A DNA stretch of 64,000 nucleotides from Deltaproteobacteria bacterium (GTDB taxonomy: Bacteria; Desulfobacterota; Binatia; UBA12015): NCBI GenBank assembly GCA_046583355.1, contig JAYGCM010000034.1, positions 1-64,000 on the forward strand. Direction: 5' to 3'. The position numbers and the translations under genes are program-made. Under the pieces are notes generated by a model. The model made no database searches. It saw only the letters and a program-made list of their open reading frames with translations, and was not told the DNA's origin. Shown here piece after piece: positions 51,091 through 60,876 of the stretch (the first letter of the stretch is position 1; each line of letters starts with the position of its first letter).

Positions 51091-52061
51091 GCAGATGCTC
51101 CTTTGCCTGCGCTTTGAAATTCTTCGATGACCTTGGCAATGCCGGCCAGGTCGCCGGTAGGCTGGCAGGGATAGCCACGTTGGATGCGCCGCATCAACCC
51201 GCCCAGCACACGGCCCGGCCCGACCTCGATGGCGCGCGGCGCCTCAGAGGCCACGACAAGCGCACATTCTTCCCAGCGTACGGGCGAAGTCACCTGTTCG
51301 GCAAGCAAGACGCGCCAGCGTGCGGCATCCCGCACGGCGCAGCCGGCGACATTGGAGACGACGGCAATATTGCTGGCGTGAAAAGAGAGCTCGCCCAGCA
51401 CCTCTTCGAGGCGCGCGCGTGCCGGCGCCATCAGCGGGCTGTGGAAGGGTTGGCTCACCTGAAGGCGGCTAGCGCGAATCTTTTGCCCGGCGGCCGCAGC
51501 CTCGACGCGCTCCAGCGCGGCTATATGACCGGCCACGACAATCTGGCGACCACCATTGAGGTTGGCCGGCACCACCAAGCTTTGCGGGCCCAGGCTGGCG
51601 GCGGCGCAAAGCTCTTCGGCTGTTTCCTGATCGATACCCAAAAGCGCGGTCATGGCGCCCTCGCCCGGTGCCATTGCCTCGCGCATGAAGAGCCCACGCT
51701 GCCGCACGGCGAGCACCGCCGCGGCGAAGTCCAATACACCCGCAAGCACCAGGGCCGACCATTCGCCGAGACTATGGCCGGCGGCAATCGTGGGGCGCAG
51801 GCCGGCCTCTTCGTCCAGCACGCGCCCGATGGCGGCCGAGACCGTGAGCAGCGCTGGCTGGGCATTTTCGGTCAGCATCAGCTTATCCGCGGGCCCATCG
51901 GCGCAAAGCGCCGAGATCGAAAAACCCAAGGCGTCGTCCGCTTCTGCGAATACGCGCCGGGCCGCCGGGAACTCCCGCGCCAATTCGACGCCCATGCCGA
52001 CTGCCTGCGCACCCTGGCCAGGACAGAAAAATGCCAGACCCTTCTCCGTCATCGTCGTCAT
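51087..52061 (-). CDS. fabD: Malonyl-CoA:ACP transacylase
   Basis: PGQGAQ, AQPAL, GHSLGE, PFHSPLM, PVRW. Confidence 0.96.
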   Translation of the reverse strand: MTTMTEKGLAFFCPGQGAQAVGMGVELAREFPAARRVFAEADDALGFSISALCADGPADKLMLTENAQPALLTVSAAIGRVLDEEAGLRPTIAAGHSLGEWSALVLAGVLDFAAAVLAVRQRGLFMREAMAPGEGAMTALLGIDQETAEELCAAASLGPQSLVVPANLNGGRQIVVAGHIAALERVEAAAAGQKIRASRLQVSQPFHSPLMAPARARLEEVLGELSFHASNIAVVSNVAGCAVRDAARWRVLLAEQVTSPVRWEECALVVASEAPRAIEVGPGRVLGGLMRRIQRGYPCQPTGDLAGIAKVIEEFQSAGKGASA

Positions 52062-52233
52062 TCTCGCTCTGGTTGGCCACCGTCAAGGCACGGCTGAAGG
52101 ACAGCGGTGGTCGGGCGCCTGGGACTCGCGCGCAACCAGAAGCCTTCCGGCTCCAGACCGTGCCGGCGCCGGTATTTCCCGCAGAGACGACACCCGTAGC
52201 GAGTCCGTCGTGCCGCAGGAGAAGGCCGGATTG

Positions 52234-52416
52234 CTAGCCTTCCTGGTCTTCGGCTACCTTGCGCCCGCGGTAGACACCACAGGTCGGGCAGGCACGATGA
52301 CGCAGTTTCGCCTCGCCGCATTGGTTGCAGGGCTCGAAATTCGGTGCCGTCAGCGCATCATGCGCGCGTCGCATATTCTTCTTGCGGACTGAAGTCCGTC
52401 TTTTGGGAACTGCCAT
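52234..52416 (-). CDS. rpmF: 50S ribosomal protein L32
   Basis: MAVPKRRTS, CNQC...HRACPTCGVY. Confidence 0.97.
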   Translation of the reverse strand: MAVPKRRTSVRKKNMRRAHDALTAPNFEPCNQCGEAKLRHRACPTCGVYRGRKVAEDQEG

Positions 52417-52470
52417 CTGTCTCTTTCGCCTCGCCCCGGATGCGCGAAGTGCGCATAAGTTACCGGTTTT

Positions 52471-53037
52471 TCAAGTTTTTTCGGTGCTCCGCCCCTCGCG
52501 AGAGGAGGCTTTGACCTTGAGTTCACGTAGCACCGCGAAGCGCGGATCGAGAGACTCACGCGTGCACGTACAGGTTTCTTCGTTGAGATTCGACCCACAA
52601 GATCCGCAAAGTCCACGACATTGCGCTGAACAAAGCGCTCGCGTCGGCAGATCGAGCAACGCCTGCTCGAGGCAAAGCGCACCCAGGTCGAGTTCTTTGC
52701 CAGAATAATAGGCCAGCGTCAGGTCGTTGGCGCCGAGCTCGGTCTTGCGGTCGTCGGCCATTTCCTGGGGCAGTAGAATCGTCTGGAACTCCACTTCCAC
52801 CATGCTCGCTACAGCGCCCAGGCACCGAGAGCACGAGCCAGCGAACTCTCCACGAACCGCACCGGAGACAAAAAGCCCCTGATCGGCGCGGTAGCAACTG
52901 GCGGTTACCGCAAGCTCTCGGCTGGGGGCGAACTCCGGAGGATTGGCGCCTACAAGCGTTGCGGCAATCTCTTCGACCGGCATCGCGAAAGCGTATTCGC
53001 GAGTTTCTTCCGTGATTTCTTCTATGCGGAGTTTCAT
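52471..53037 (-). CDS. yceD: DUF177/YceD family protein
   Basis: CSRCL, LCSAQCRGLCGSCG, DPRFAVL; upstream of rpmF. Confidence 0.93.
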   Translation of the reverse strand: MKLRIEEITEETREYAFAMPVEEIAATLVGANPPEFAPSRELAVTASCYRADQGLFVSGAVRGEFAGSCSRCLGAVASMVEVEFQTILLPQEMADDRKTELGANDLTLAYYSGKELDLGALCLEQALLDLPTRALCSAQCRGLCGSCGSNLNEETCTCTRESLDPRFAVLRELKVKASSREGRSTEKT

Positions 53038-53105
53038 GGCAATGGCTCGGAGGGGGTCGCTCCATAGGGAAAGGTAGACATTGCGCCCCGAAATTCAATC
53101 CGGCC

Positions 53106-54116
53106 TCAATCCGTCTCGCTTTGTCGCTCCAGCCGGCGCAGGCGTTTCAAGATTCCCGGCAGGCGCCGGATCGCGGCCTCCTCGCGGCGCCAATCCCGGA
53201 CAGGGCGCCAAGGAAATCCCCCGATCATCTCCCCTGCGGGCACATCGGATTGCACGCCTGTGCGGCCCGCCGCGCGCACATCGTCACCGATCGTCAGATG
53301 ACCACCGGCGGCCGCCTGGCCGCCGAGCTGAACCCGCCTGCCGACAATCGTGCTTCCCGCCAGCCCCACCTGCGCGGCGATCAGAGCCTCGCGGCGAATC
53401 GTACAGCCATGCGCGACCATCACCAGATTGTCGAGTTTCACACCCGACTCGATACGCGTGACGCCAATCGTTGCCCGGTCCACGGTAGTATTGGCACCGA
53501 TGGAGACATCATCGCCAATCTCGACATGGCCGATCTGCGGCAGCGTATGCACGCCGCCGCCGGGCAGAGGAATATTGCCGAACCCCTCATTGCCGAGCGC
53601 CGCGCCGCTCAAAATCTGCACGCGGTCACCGATCTTCGTCCCCTCACGCACGACGACATTGGCATGCGCCACGAAATCATCGCCTATGGTGACATCCGGG
53701 TAGATCCGGACTCCGGGGTGCAGCGTGACACGCGCTCCGATGCGCGTGCGGGCACCGATCGTCACCTGGTCGGCGATGCACGCGGCCTCGCCGATCTGCA
53801 CGTCGGCTGCAATATGCGCTGATTCGGCAATCTTCTGGTCGAGTGCGAGCGGGCGCTTGAAGATCTCCAGCGCCATCGCGAAGCCCATATAGGCATCGTC
53901 GACCCGCAGCAGAGCGCAGCCCGGCCCCTCGACATCGCGGCCCACAATCAGCGCACCCGCCCGGGTATCCTTGAGCTTGGCCGCGTAGCGGGGGTTGGAG
54001 AGGAACGAGAGATCCTGCGCCTCGGCGTCTTCGAGCGGCTGCAATCCGCGGATTTCCGTATTGCCATCCCCTTCGAGGTCCGCACCCAGCGATTTGGCGA
54101 TTTCAGCGAGTTTCAT
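53106..54116 (-). CDS. lpxD: UDP-3-O-acylglucosamine N-acyltransferase
   Basis: LSFLSNPRY, hexapeptide repeats, [25 protein letters not shown]. Confidence 0.96.
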   Translation of the reverse strand: MKLAEIAKSLGADLEGDGNTEIRGLQPLEDAEAQDLSFLSNPRYAAKLKDTRAGALIVGRDVEGPGCALLRVDDAYMGFAMALEIFKRPLALDQKIAESAHIAADVQIGEAACIADQVTIGARTRIGARVTLHPGVRIYPDVTIGDDFVAHANVVVREGTKIGDRVQILSGAALGNEGFGNIPLPGGGVHTLPQIGHVEIGDDVSIGANTTVDRATIGVTRIESGVKLDNLVMVAHGCTIRREALIAAQVGLAGSTIVGRRVQLGGQAAAGGHLTIGDDVRAAGRTGVQSDVPAGEMIGGFPWRPVRDWRREEAAIRRLPGILKRLRRLERQSETD

Positions 54117-54230
54117 ACGCCTCGTCTATCAGGCGCAAGACGTCTCGGAAACGCCGCGGGTGGCTACGCCAAGCGGCCCGGCCACCAGCTTGGGATTGCG
54201 TTTGTGTGGTTCTGTGGCTAGCCAAAGCCC

Positions 54231-54479
54231 GTGCAAGAGCGGCCCATCCGGCGCCCCATGGCGCTTCTTCTCGTGGTCTTGGTGACCCTTGCGTCCGGCT
54301 GTGCGGCGCAGGTGAGCATCCCCCGCGCGCCGAAGCTCCCGGAGGTGCGATTCATTGCACCCAACGACCCCGATGCCGTCATCGCGCTTTCGGCCGACGA
54401 CGAAATCAGCCTGGTCGAGCGCGACCGGCTCTTGCGCGAACGAATCCGCCTGCTCGAGGATTTGCTGGCGACACATTGA
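54231..54479 (+). CDS. Small lipoprotein
   Basis: Basic n-region, LLLVVLVTLASGC lipobox, C-terminal amphipathic helix. Confidence 0.65.
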   Translation: MQERPIRRPMALLLVVLVTLASGCAAQVSIPRAPKLPEVRFIAPNDPDAVIALSADDEISLVERDRLLRERIRLLEDLLATH

Positions 54480-54521
54480 GATCGAGCGCTCCAAGCGAGC
54501 GCGCGCGAACGGACCAGAGAG

Positions 54522-54899
54522 ATGGAAGCACCCGATTGGAGCAAGGGCCTGGTGCCCGCGATCGCACAGGATTTTGCCACCGGCGAAGTCCTGATGATGG
54601 CCTATATGAACGAGGCGGCTTGGCAGGAGACCCTGCGTACCGGGCGCGCTTGCTATTGGAGCCGCTCGCGCGAGAAATTGTGGCGCAAGGGTGAGGAATC
54701 CGGCCACCACCAGGAGGTCCGCGAAATCCGCATCGATTGCGACCGCGACACGATCGTCATGCGCGTCGTGCAGCATGGTGGCGCCGCTTGCCATATCGGC
54801 TACCGCAGCTGTTTCTACCGCCGCCTCGATGGCAACCAATGGACAATTGACGACGCGAGGGTCTTCGACCCAGCCGATGTCTACGAGAAGAAAAAATGA
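54522..54899 (+). CDS. hisI: Phosphoribosyl-AMP cyclohydrolase
   Basis: [33 protein letters not shown]. Confidence 0.96.
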   Translation: MEAPDWSKGLVPAIAQDFATGEVLMMAYMNEAAWQETLRTGRACYWSRSREKLWRKGEESGHHQEVREIRIDCDRDTIVMRVVQHGGAACHIGYRSCFYRRLDGNQWTIDDARVFDPADVYEKKK

Positions 54900-55798
54900 C
54901 CACTTCTGATTCCCCACTGCGTTTCGGGATCCCCAAGGGGAGCCTCGAAAAAATGACGATCGACCTCTTCGCGCGCGCCGGTTGGCGCATCCAGACGAGT
55001 GCGCGCAGCTATTTCCCCACCATCGATGATGAGGGCATCCGCTGCTCCTTGATGCGGCCACAAGAGATGTCCCGCTATATCGAAAAAGGCACGCTCGACG
55101 CGGGAATCACCGGCCACGATTGGGTCGTGGAGAACGACTCCCAGATCGAAAAGGTCGCCGACCTCGTCTACTCCAAAGTCACGCTCCAGGGCACGCGATG
55201 GGTACTCGTCGTCAAGGAAGACTCGCCGGTACGCAAGCCGGCCGACCTTGCCGGCAAACGGATCTCGACCGAGTTGATGAATGTCACGCGTCGTTTCTTC
55301 GCAGATCAGAATATCGACGTAGAGGTCGAATTCTCCTGGGGCGCTACCGAAGCCAAAGTGGCCGAAGGCCTCGTCGATGCCATCGTCGATGTCACCGAAA
55401 CTGGATCGACATTGCGCGCCAATCAGCTGCGGATCGTTGCCGAGTTGATTCCTTCCAATCCGGTTCTGATCGCGAATCGCGATGCCTGGAAGGATCCTGC
55501 CCGGCGCGAAAAAATCGAACAAATCGCTCTGCTCCTGGGCGGAGCACTCGAGGCGCAGGGCAAAGTCGGCCTGAAGCTCAACGTCAAAGAAGAGGGCCTC
55601 GATGCCGTCATCGCACTGGTACCGAGCCTGACGGCGCCCACCGTATCCACCCTCGCCCAGACCGAGGGGCTACACGGCGAGAAATGGTTCGCCGTCGAGG
55701 CCGTGGTTGCCGAGCGAGAAGTACGCGACCTGATCCCGCAACTCCTGCGGGCCGGCGCCATGGGCATCATCGAGTACCCGCTGAACAAGCTGATCTAG
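54896..55798 (+). CDS. hisG: ATP phosphoribosyltransferase (long form)
   Basis: [30 protein letters not shown]-terminal regulatory domain. Confidence 0.96.
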   Translation: MTTSDSPLRFGIPKGSLEKMTIDLFARAGWRIQTSARSYFPTIDDEGIRCSLMRPQEMSRYIEKGTLDAGITGHDWVVENDSQIEKVADLVYSKVTLQGTRWVLVVKEDSPVRKPADLAGKRISTELMNVTRRFFADQNIDVEVEFSWGATEAKVAEGLVDAIVDVTETGSTLRANQLRIVAELIPSNPVLIANRDAWKDPARREKIEQIALLLGGALEAQGKVGLKLNVKEEGLDAVIALVPSLTAPTVSTLAQTEGLHGEKWFAVEAVVAEREVRDLIPQLLRAGAMGIIEYPLNKLI

Positions 55799-55827
55799 AA
55801 ACGCGACCGAAAAGCAGGTCTTCATCC

Positions 55828-56168
55828 AAGCGCCGCTTGCGGCCGCTGGACTGCGTCACGCTTGCGGCGGTGCATGAGGGGTATTCTGGCGCGACGCTTC
55901 AGGCTGCATCCCAACCAGATCTACCAGTGGAAGCGCATCGACGAAATCCATCTCAAATGGCCGTTCTACGGAAGCCGCAAAATCGCGCAAACGCTGCGGA
56001 TGGATTTCTGGGTCGAGGTACTGACCGAGGCATTCGAGAAATACGGGAAGCCGAACATTTTCAACACCGATCAGGGATCGCAGCGTGATGCTATTCAACC
56101 AATAAATAGGGAAGCAGGATTCACCTTGGTAATGGCCTATAATGGTCCGAACAATGGGGTCCACTTCA
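55828..56168 (+). mobile_element. Highly deleted IS3-family insertion sequence remnant
   Basis: Spliced pieces: OrfA LARRFRLHPNQIYQWK, OrfB IDEIHLKWPFYGSRKI, integrase core YGKPNIFNTDQGSQ. Ends in an IRR-like TGGTCCGAACAATGGGGTCCACTTCA at 56168. Confidence 0.82.
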
Positions 56169-56225
56169 GGCGCGACTCGGCCACGCATGGGGCGCGACCC
56201 GGGTTACCCGCGAAACCGGGGCGAA

Positions 56226-56711
56226 TCAGCTGCCTTGGGCAGCTGCGTTATACTCGTCTTCGGAGTAGCCGATCGCCTCAAGAAAGGGCGCTTTTTCCTC
56301 GCCCGTCATGATGTAGATGCCTTCCCAGCCGCAGACTTCTTCGCAGAGGCGACAGCCAACGCAGGTCTTCTCGTTGACGATGACCTTGCCGAGGAAGGTG
56401 ACATCGTTGCCCGGCGCGGAATCAAGCGAGTCAAAGGGGCAGACATCGATGCAAACGCCGCAGCCATTGCAATTGTCCGGGTGGACAATCGCAACTGGAC
56501 GCAGGGGCTTTTTGAGCACCTCCGTGCGGTTGCCGAAGGTATCGAGGATGGCATCGTCCGGGCAGATCACGCCACAGGCACCGCAATCGATGCACAGGCT
56601 GTCGACGATCAGGTAGGCCTTCTTGGGGTCGCCGGAGATCGCGCGTGTGGGACAGCGCTGCTCGCACGCGCTGCAACCGGTGCAATTCTCGGCAATGATC
56701 GTAAAAGGCAT
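56226..56711 (-). CDS. Polyferredoxin-like 4x[4Fe-4S] protein
   Basis: Four CxxCxxCxxxC motifs: CTGCSACEQRC, CIDCGACGVIC, CNGCGVCIDVC, CVGCRLCEEVC. Confidence 0.93.
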   Translation of the reverse strand: MPFTIIAENCTGCSACEQRCPTRAISGDPKKAYLIVDSLCIDCGACGVICPDDAILDTFGNRTEVLKKPLRPVAIVHPDNCNGCGVCIDVCPFDSLDSAPGNDVTFLGKVIVNEKTCVGCRLCEEVCGWEGIYIMTGEEKAPFLEAIGYSEDEYNAAAQGS

Positions 56712-56771
56712 GCGACTGCTGGTCTTTCTGCTTGCTCAAGGCCCGCCCAAGGTGGCCGGCTGACAGAGCTG

Positions 56772-56975
56772 CTATTCCTGCATCTTGCGCAGGATCTCGT
56801 CTTCGCGACCCTGCCGAATCAGCTCGTCGTTTTTCCGGGCTTCCTTGAAGCCCAGATACGTGAAGCCGAAAACCAGAACGAGCATCCCGATGATCGGGAT
56901 ATTGTCCGGCCGGACGAGCATGAGGAGGAAAGCCTCAATTGCGGAAGCGTTCGGGTCCGAATGCATATGAGCCAA
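56772..56975 (-). CDS. Small membrane protein with RPDNIPI motif
   Basis: RPDNIPIIGMLVLVFGFTYLGFKEARKND: one TM helix with a charged tail. Confidence 0.75.
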   Translation of the reverse strand: MAHMHSDPNASAIEAFLLMLVRPDNIPIIGMLVLVFGFTYLGFKEARKNDELIRQGREDEILRKMQE

Positions 56976-56997
56976 TTACCAATCTGCGAAGGATGAG

Positions 56998-57273
56998 TCA
57001 AATTCGCCCAGCTGGCCGGAGCTTTTCTTTTAGCTCCTGGAGTTGATTCACCCGCGCACGCAATCCGCGCAGCTGGTCGGTGAGCGAAGCGATATGGGTC
57101 AAGGCGGTCTCGATCTCTTCCTGGGCGATCCGCCCCGTGACGGCTCGCAATTGTGCGTGCCTCTCGATCAGCTCCGGGATGCCGCGATACCCCGACTGCC
57201 CCACCCGCCGGCCGAGCTCGCCCCAGATCCGCATCAGATCATCAGCATCACGCCTGAATTCGAGTTCTTCCAC
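56998..57273 (-). CDS. Small coiled-coil hypothetical protein
   Basis: Heptad-rich helix (IETALTHIASLTDQLRGLRARVNQLQELKEKL); same strand as its neighbours. Confidence 0.6.
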   Translation of the reverse strand: MEELEFRRDADDLMRIWGELGRRVGQSGYRGIPELIERHAQLRAVTGRIAQEEIETALTHIASLTDQLRGLRARVNQLQELKEKLRPAGRI

Positions 57274-58531
57274 CAGGGCTGGCTTCTACCGGCAACGCAG
57301 CCGCAGGGAAAGGCGCGAGCGATAGCCGTGCGAAGTCGCCGGCCGTAGAGGCCCCGAGCGCGGCACGCGTACAGCCAAGCAGCGGCTGGGCGAGACGCGG
57401 CCAGGAATGTTCCTCGCCGAGGCGACGCCATGCGGCCGCGCCGCGCCGTGCCGACTCATCAGGCTCCGCGAGGGCCTCGCTCATGGCTGCGGCAAACGCG
57501 GCCGGCGTATTTTCCTGCACGACCCATCCTGTCTCACCGTCGACGACACCCTTGGCCGAGCCGGCCAGCGCGACGGTCGGCAGCCCGGCCGCCATATAGT
57601 TCAGCGTCTTGATCGGGAAGCCCGACCAGGAATGGCGCGGCGATACTCCCACCCGCGCAGCACCCAATTCCGCCGCCACCTCGGCCAGGCTCTCGGCCTC
57701 GATGATCTGGATCCGCGGCGCAAGGGCACTCATGCGACGCCGCGCGAGAACGCTGCCGCGGGCATGCGTGACGACACGCAGCTCCGCATGCGGATTCCCT
57801 GCCGCCACCAGCGACCAGGCGCGAAAGAGCATCTCCAGGTTCTGGTATTGATCGCAATTGCCGGCAAAGACCACGCGTGGGGCCCGCACAGAGCGGCGCG
57901 CGGCCTGGAAGGGTGTCGGGTCCAGGCCGGGCGGAATCTCCCAGATACGCGACTCGACCACGCCGCGCCCCACTAAATGGCGACCCACATCGGCACTGAG
58001 GACAACCACCTGATCGGCCATCCTCGGCAGAAAACCGTCCATGGCACGCGCCGCACGCGTGACGGCCGGCGACAGCCAACGCGGGGTATAAAGCGGCAAT
58101 TCGTCCTCGGCAATATTATGCGCGTGGTAGACCACCCGCGTGCCGAAGACCTGGCGCGCCACCAAGGCCGCGGCCAACCCCTCGTAATTATGGGCGTGCA
58201 GCACTTCGAGTTGCTCGCGGCGGACCACATCGAGAAGCCGCAGGGTGAGTAAGGCATCGAAAAAGGGGCGTTCGAGAAGATGCAATCCACTCACACTCGG
58301 GCGCGGACGAAAGCGCATAATGCGGCTGAGTGCGTGGCGCGCATAAGGCACCTCAGGACCGTGCGGGTCGAGGGGAGCAATGAGGTGCACCTCCTCGCCG
58401 GCGCTAGCCAACGCGCGTGCCATCTCGCCTATATGAATCTGGGAACCGCGCGGCGCAGGGAAGCGGCAAGCGGCGACAATGCCGACCTTGCGTCGAGCAA
58501 ATGAGTTCCGCTTAGAAGAGTGTGTAGACAA
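57248..58531 (-). CDS. GT4 (GT-B) glycosyltransferase
   Basis: FPAPRGSQ, LHAHNYE, VVYHAH, GFPIKTLNYMAAGLP, GETG. Confidence 0.9.
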   Translation of the reverse strand: MSTHSSKRNSFARRKVGIVAACRFPAPRGSQIHIGEMARALASAGEEVHLIAPLDPHGPEVPYARHALSRIMRFRPRPSVSGLHLLERPFFDALLTLRLLDVVRREQLEVLHAHNYEGLAAALVARQVFGTRVVYHAHNIAEDELPLYTPRWLSPAVTRAARAMDGFLPRMADQVVVLSADVGRHLVGRGVVESRIWEIPPGLDPTPFQAARRSVRAPRVVFAGNCDQYQNLEMLFRAWSLVAAGNPHAELRVVTHARGSVLARRRMSALAPRIQIIEAESLAEVAAELGAARVGVSPRHSWSGFPIKTLNYMAAGLPTVALAGSAKGVVDGETGWVVQENTPAAFAAAMSEALAEPDESARRGAAAWRRLGEEHSWPRLAQPLLGCTRAALGASTAGDFARLSLAPFPAAALPVEASPGGRTRIQA

Positions 58532-58667
58532 AGGGTGAGGATTCCGTCGAGCGCCCCAGATAGAGCAACAATGCTGTGATGACGACCACGCTCAAGGCCG
58601 GCGCCATCCACCAGATTTTGTAACGCCAAAGAAAGCGAAGAAGGGTCTCGTTGTCGTCCTCAGCCAT
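58512..58667 (-). CDS. DUF5989-like small membrane protein (51 aa), below the ORF-track cutoff
   Basis: MAEDDNETLLRFLWRYKIWWMAPALSVVVITALLLYLGRSTESSPFVYTLF; KxWW.AP and terminal PFxYTLF signature. Confidence 0.85.
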   Translation of the reverse strand: MAEDDNETLLRFLWRYKIWWMAPALSVVVITALLLYLGRSTESSPFVYTLF

Positions 58668-58681
58668 ACGCCCGCTCTTTC

Positions 58682-60130
58682 CTAAAGGTGACCGGCCACT
58701 CCATTGGCGGGGCCGCCCACGTCTCTTCGCGTACTCTTTGAGGTTCCCTTGTTGCGGAACTCGTCGCGTTTGAGGCCATAGGATTTCATCTTGCGATGCA
58801 GCGTAGCCGCATCGACCAGCGCATGCTTCGCGCTATTGCTGATCCCGCCTGCGTATTTCTTTAGCACATGACCGAGGTACTCGCGCTCACAGCGCCGCAT
58901 AAACTCCCTGAGGGGAATCTCGAAATCATAATTGCGACGGCCTCCCGTGCGCTCGGGGGGCCGCTTGCTGGAGTTCGGAAGGTTGATTTCCTTGAGCAGG
59001 CCGTCGGTCGCATGAAGAATCGATCGCTCCAATACGTTTCCGAGTTCCCGGATATTACCCGGCCAATGGTGGCTCATGAGCTGCGAGAGGGCCTTGTTTG
59101 AAATCCGGTTGATGCCCTGCTCCTTGGCGAACTCCGAGTTGCGCAGGAATTCCGCGACCAGAAGCGGCACATCCTCGATGCGGTCGCGCAGCGGCGGAAT
59201 GTTCAAGGGCACGACGTTGATGCGGTAGTAGAAATCTTCTCGCATCTGGCCGCTGGCGACCAGGATATCGAGGTCGACGTTGGTCGCCGCGATTATTCTC
59301 ATATTGACGCAGATACGGCGATTCGAACCAAGCCGCTCGATCTCGCGCTCCTCAAGGACGCGCAAAAGCTTGAGTTGCATATTGAGCGAAATGGCCTCGA
59401 TCTCGTCCAGGAACAACGTCCCGCCCGAGGAGTCCTCGATGCGCCCGATGCGGTCGCCCACAGCCCCCGTGAAGGCGCCGCGGTCGTAGCCGAAGAGTTC
59501 ACTCTCGAGCAGTGAATCCGGGAACGCCGCGCAGTTGATCGGAACGAATTTGCCGGCCTTGCGCCGCCCCTGGTAGTGAATCGCGCGGGCGCAGAGTTCC
59601 TTGCCCGTGCCGGACTCGCCGGTCAGGAGCACCGTCGGGTCGGCTTGCGCGAGCGTCTTGATTTGCGAGAAAATCTCATGCATCCGTGGGTTGCGGGACA
59701 CCATATTCGCGAAAGAATAGCGCTCCTCGAGTTGCCCGCGGAGATAGTTGATCTCATCGACCAGACGGCGCTTCTCCAGCACCTTCTCGGTTGCGATCAG
59801 AATCTCTTCGTTCTGAAAAGGCTTGGTGATGTAGTCTGAAGCACCGTGCTTGATCGCCTCTACCGCGCCTTTGATACTCGCGTAGCCGGTGATCATGATC
59901 ACATTCATATCCGGGTAGCGCTCGAGCACCTCCTTGGTCAGGCTGAGGCCATCGGTTCCGGGAAGTTTGAGATCGACCATGACGAGCGAATATTCCTCCG
60001 CCGCCAAGGCTTCGAAGGCATCCGGTGCCGTAAGCGCGCTGTTCACAATATAGTGTTGCGCGCGGAAAAGTTCTTCGAGTTGGCGACAGATAAAAGGGTC
60101 GTCGTCGATGATGAGGATCCGTGTTTCCAT
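58682..60130 (-). CDS. Sigma-54-dependent response regulator (NtrC family)
   Basis: REC (IIDDD, DLKLPG, KPF), GESGTGKE, GAFTGA, LFLDEI, WPGNIREL, C-terminal HTH. Confidence 0.96.
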   Translation of the reverse strand: METRILIIDDDPFICRQLEELFRAQHYIVNSALTAPDAFEALAAEEYSLVMVDLKLPGTDGLSLTKEVLERYPDMNVIMITGYASIKGAVEAIKHGASDYITKPFQNEEILIATEKVLEKRRLVDEINYLRGQLEERYSFANMVSRNPRMHEIFSQIKTLAQADPTVLLTGESGTGKELCARAIHYQGRRKAGKFVPINCAAFPDSLLESELFGYDRGAFTGAVGDRIGRIEDSSGGTLFLDEIEAISLNMQLKLLRVLEEREIERLGSNRRICVNMRIIAATNVDLDILVASGQMREDFYYRINVVPLNIPPLRDRIEDVPLLVAEFLRNSEFAKEQGINRISNKALSQLMSHHWPGNIRELGNVLERSILHATDGLLKEINLPNSSKRPPERTGGRRNYDFEIPLREFMRRCEREYLGHVLKKYAGGISNSAKHALVDAATLHRKMKSYGLKRDEFRNKGTSKSTRRDVGGPANGVAGHL

Positions 60131-60138
60131 TGAACTGC

Positions 60139-60876
60139 CTAACCGATCCAGGGCAGAACGAGCCGAATTTCAGCCGTCCCATCCACTGCGTTGCAGGGGG
60201 AAAGACGCCCCCCATGAGATTCCATCGTATGCTGGGCGTTGGCCCATTCGAGAACATGCATCTCGCCCATTGGTGTCGCCGCAGGCGCAATCGGCGCGGC
60301 GACGAGAAACTCGATGCGGGAAGAGTCGTCTGCGGCGCGCACATGCAGCTGGCATTGCGGGCGATCCCCGACGCCGGCTGCCCGCAGAGCCTGTGCGACC
60401 TTGCGCAGCACGGCCGAGAAACGACCGGGGTCAAGGGAGAGTTCGCGACTCTCGACATCCGCCGCGAGGTCCAATTGGACGCCGCCTTCGACAAATTCGG
60501 TCTGCAGCACTTGCAGCGCCGCACGAGCAACATCGCCCGTCGACATCGTGACCGGCTCGATCCGCAGAGGCTCCAGATAGGTCATGGCGAGCTCCAAGAA
60601 GCGCTCCAGGTTCTGAATCGTGCGTTGCAGCGGCTGTTCGGTGGTGTCTTGCGCCGACACAGGCTCGCTATCCTGCACGGCTTCCGCCCAGAAATAGAGC
60701 TTGTGGAAATGGTTGCCGAGCTCATGGCGAATGTCGCGCAGGACTTCATCCGGGGCCGTCGCGCGTTCGGGCATGGGCTGCGTCATGCGACGAGGCCGCC
60801 CTTCTCGCTGCTCATTGCCGCAAGCCCGCTGGGCTCGCCTGGATTCCTGACCCGCATCCACTTCCATTTCCTCCAT
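60139..60876 (-). CDS. Sensor-less histidine-kinase-like protein with degenerate ATPase domain
   Basis: H-box IRHELGN; HATPase-like skeleton LDPGRF..VL and MESHGGRL..GTAEIRLVLP, without N, DxGxG or GxGLG boxes. Start may be 60786. Confidence 0.75.
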   Translation of the reverse strand: MEEMEVDAGQESRRAQRACGNEQREGRPRRMTQPMPERATAPDEVLRDIRHELGNHFHKLYFWAEAVQDSEPVSAQDTTEQPLQRTIQNLERFLELAMTYLEPLRIEPVTMSTGDVARAALQVLQTEFVEGGVQLDLAADVESRELSLDPGRFSAVLRKVAQALRAAGVGDRPQCQLHVRAADDSSRIEFLVAAPIAPAATPMGEMHVLEWANAQHTMESHGGRLSPCNAVDGTAEIRLVLPWIG

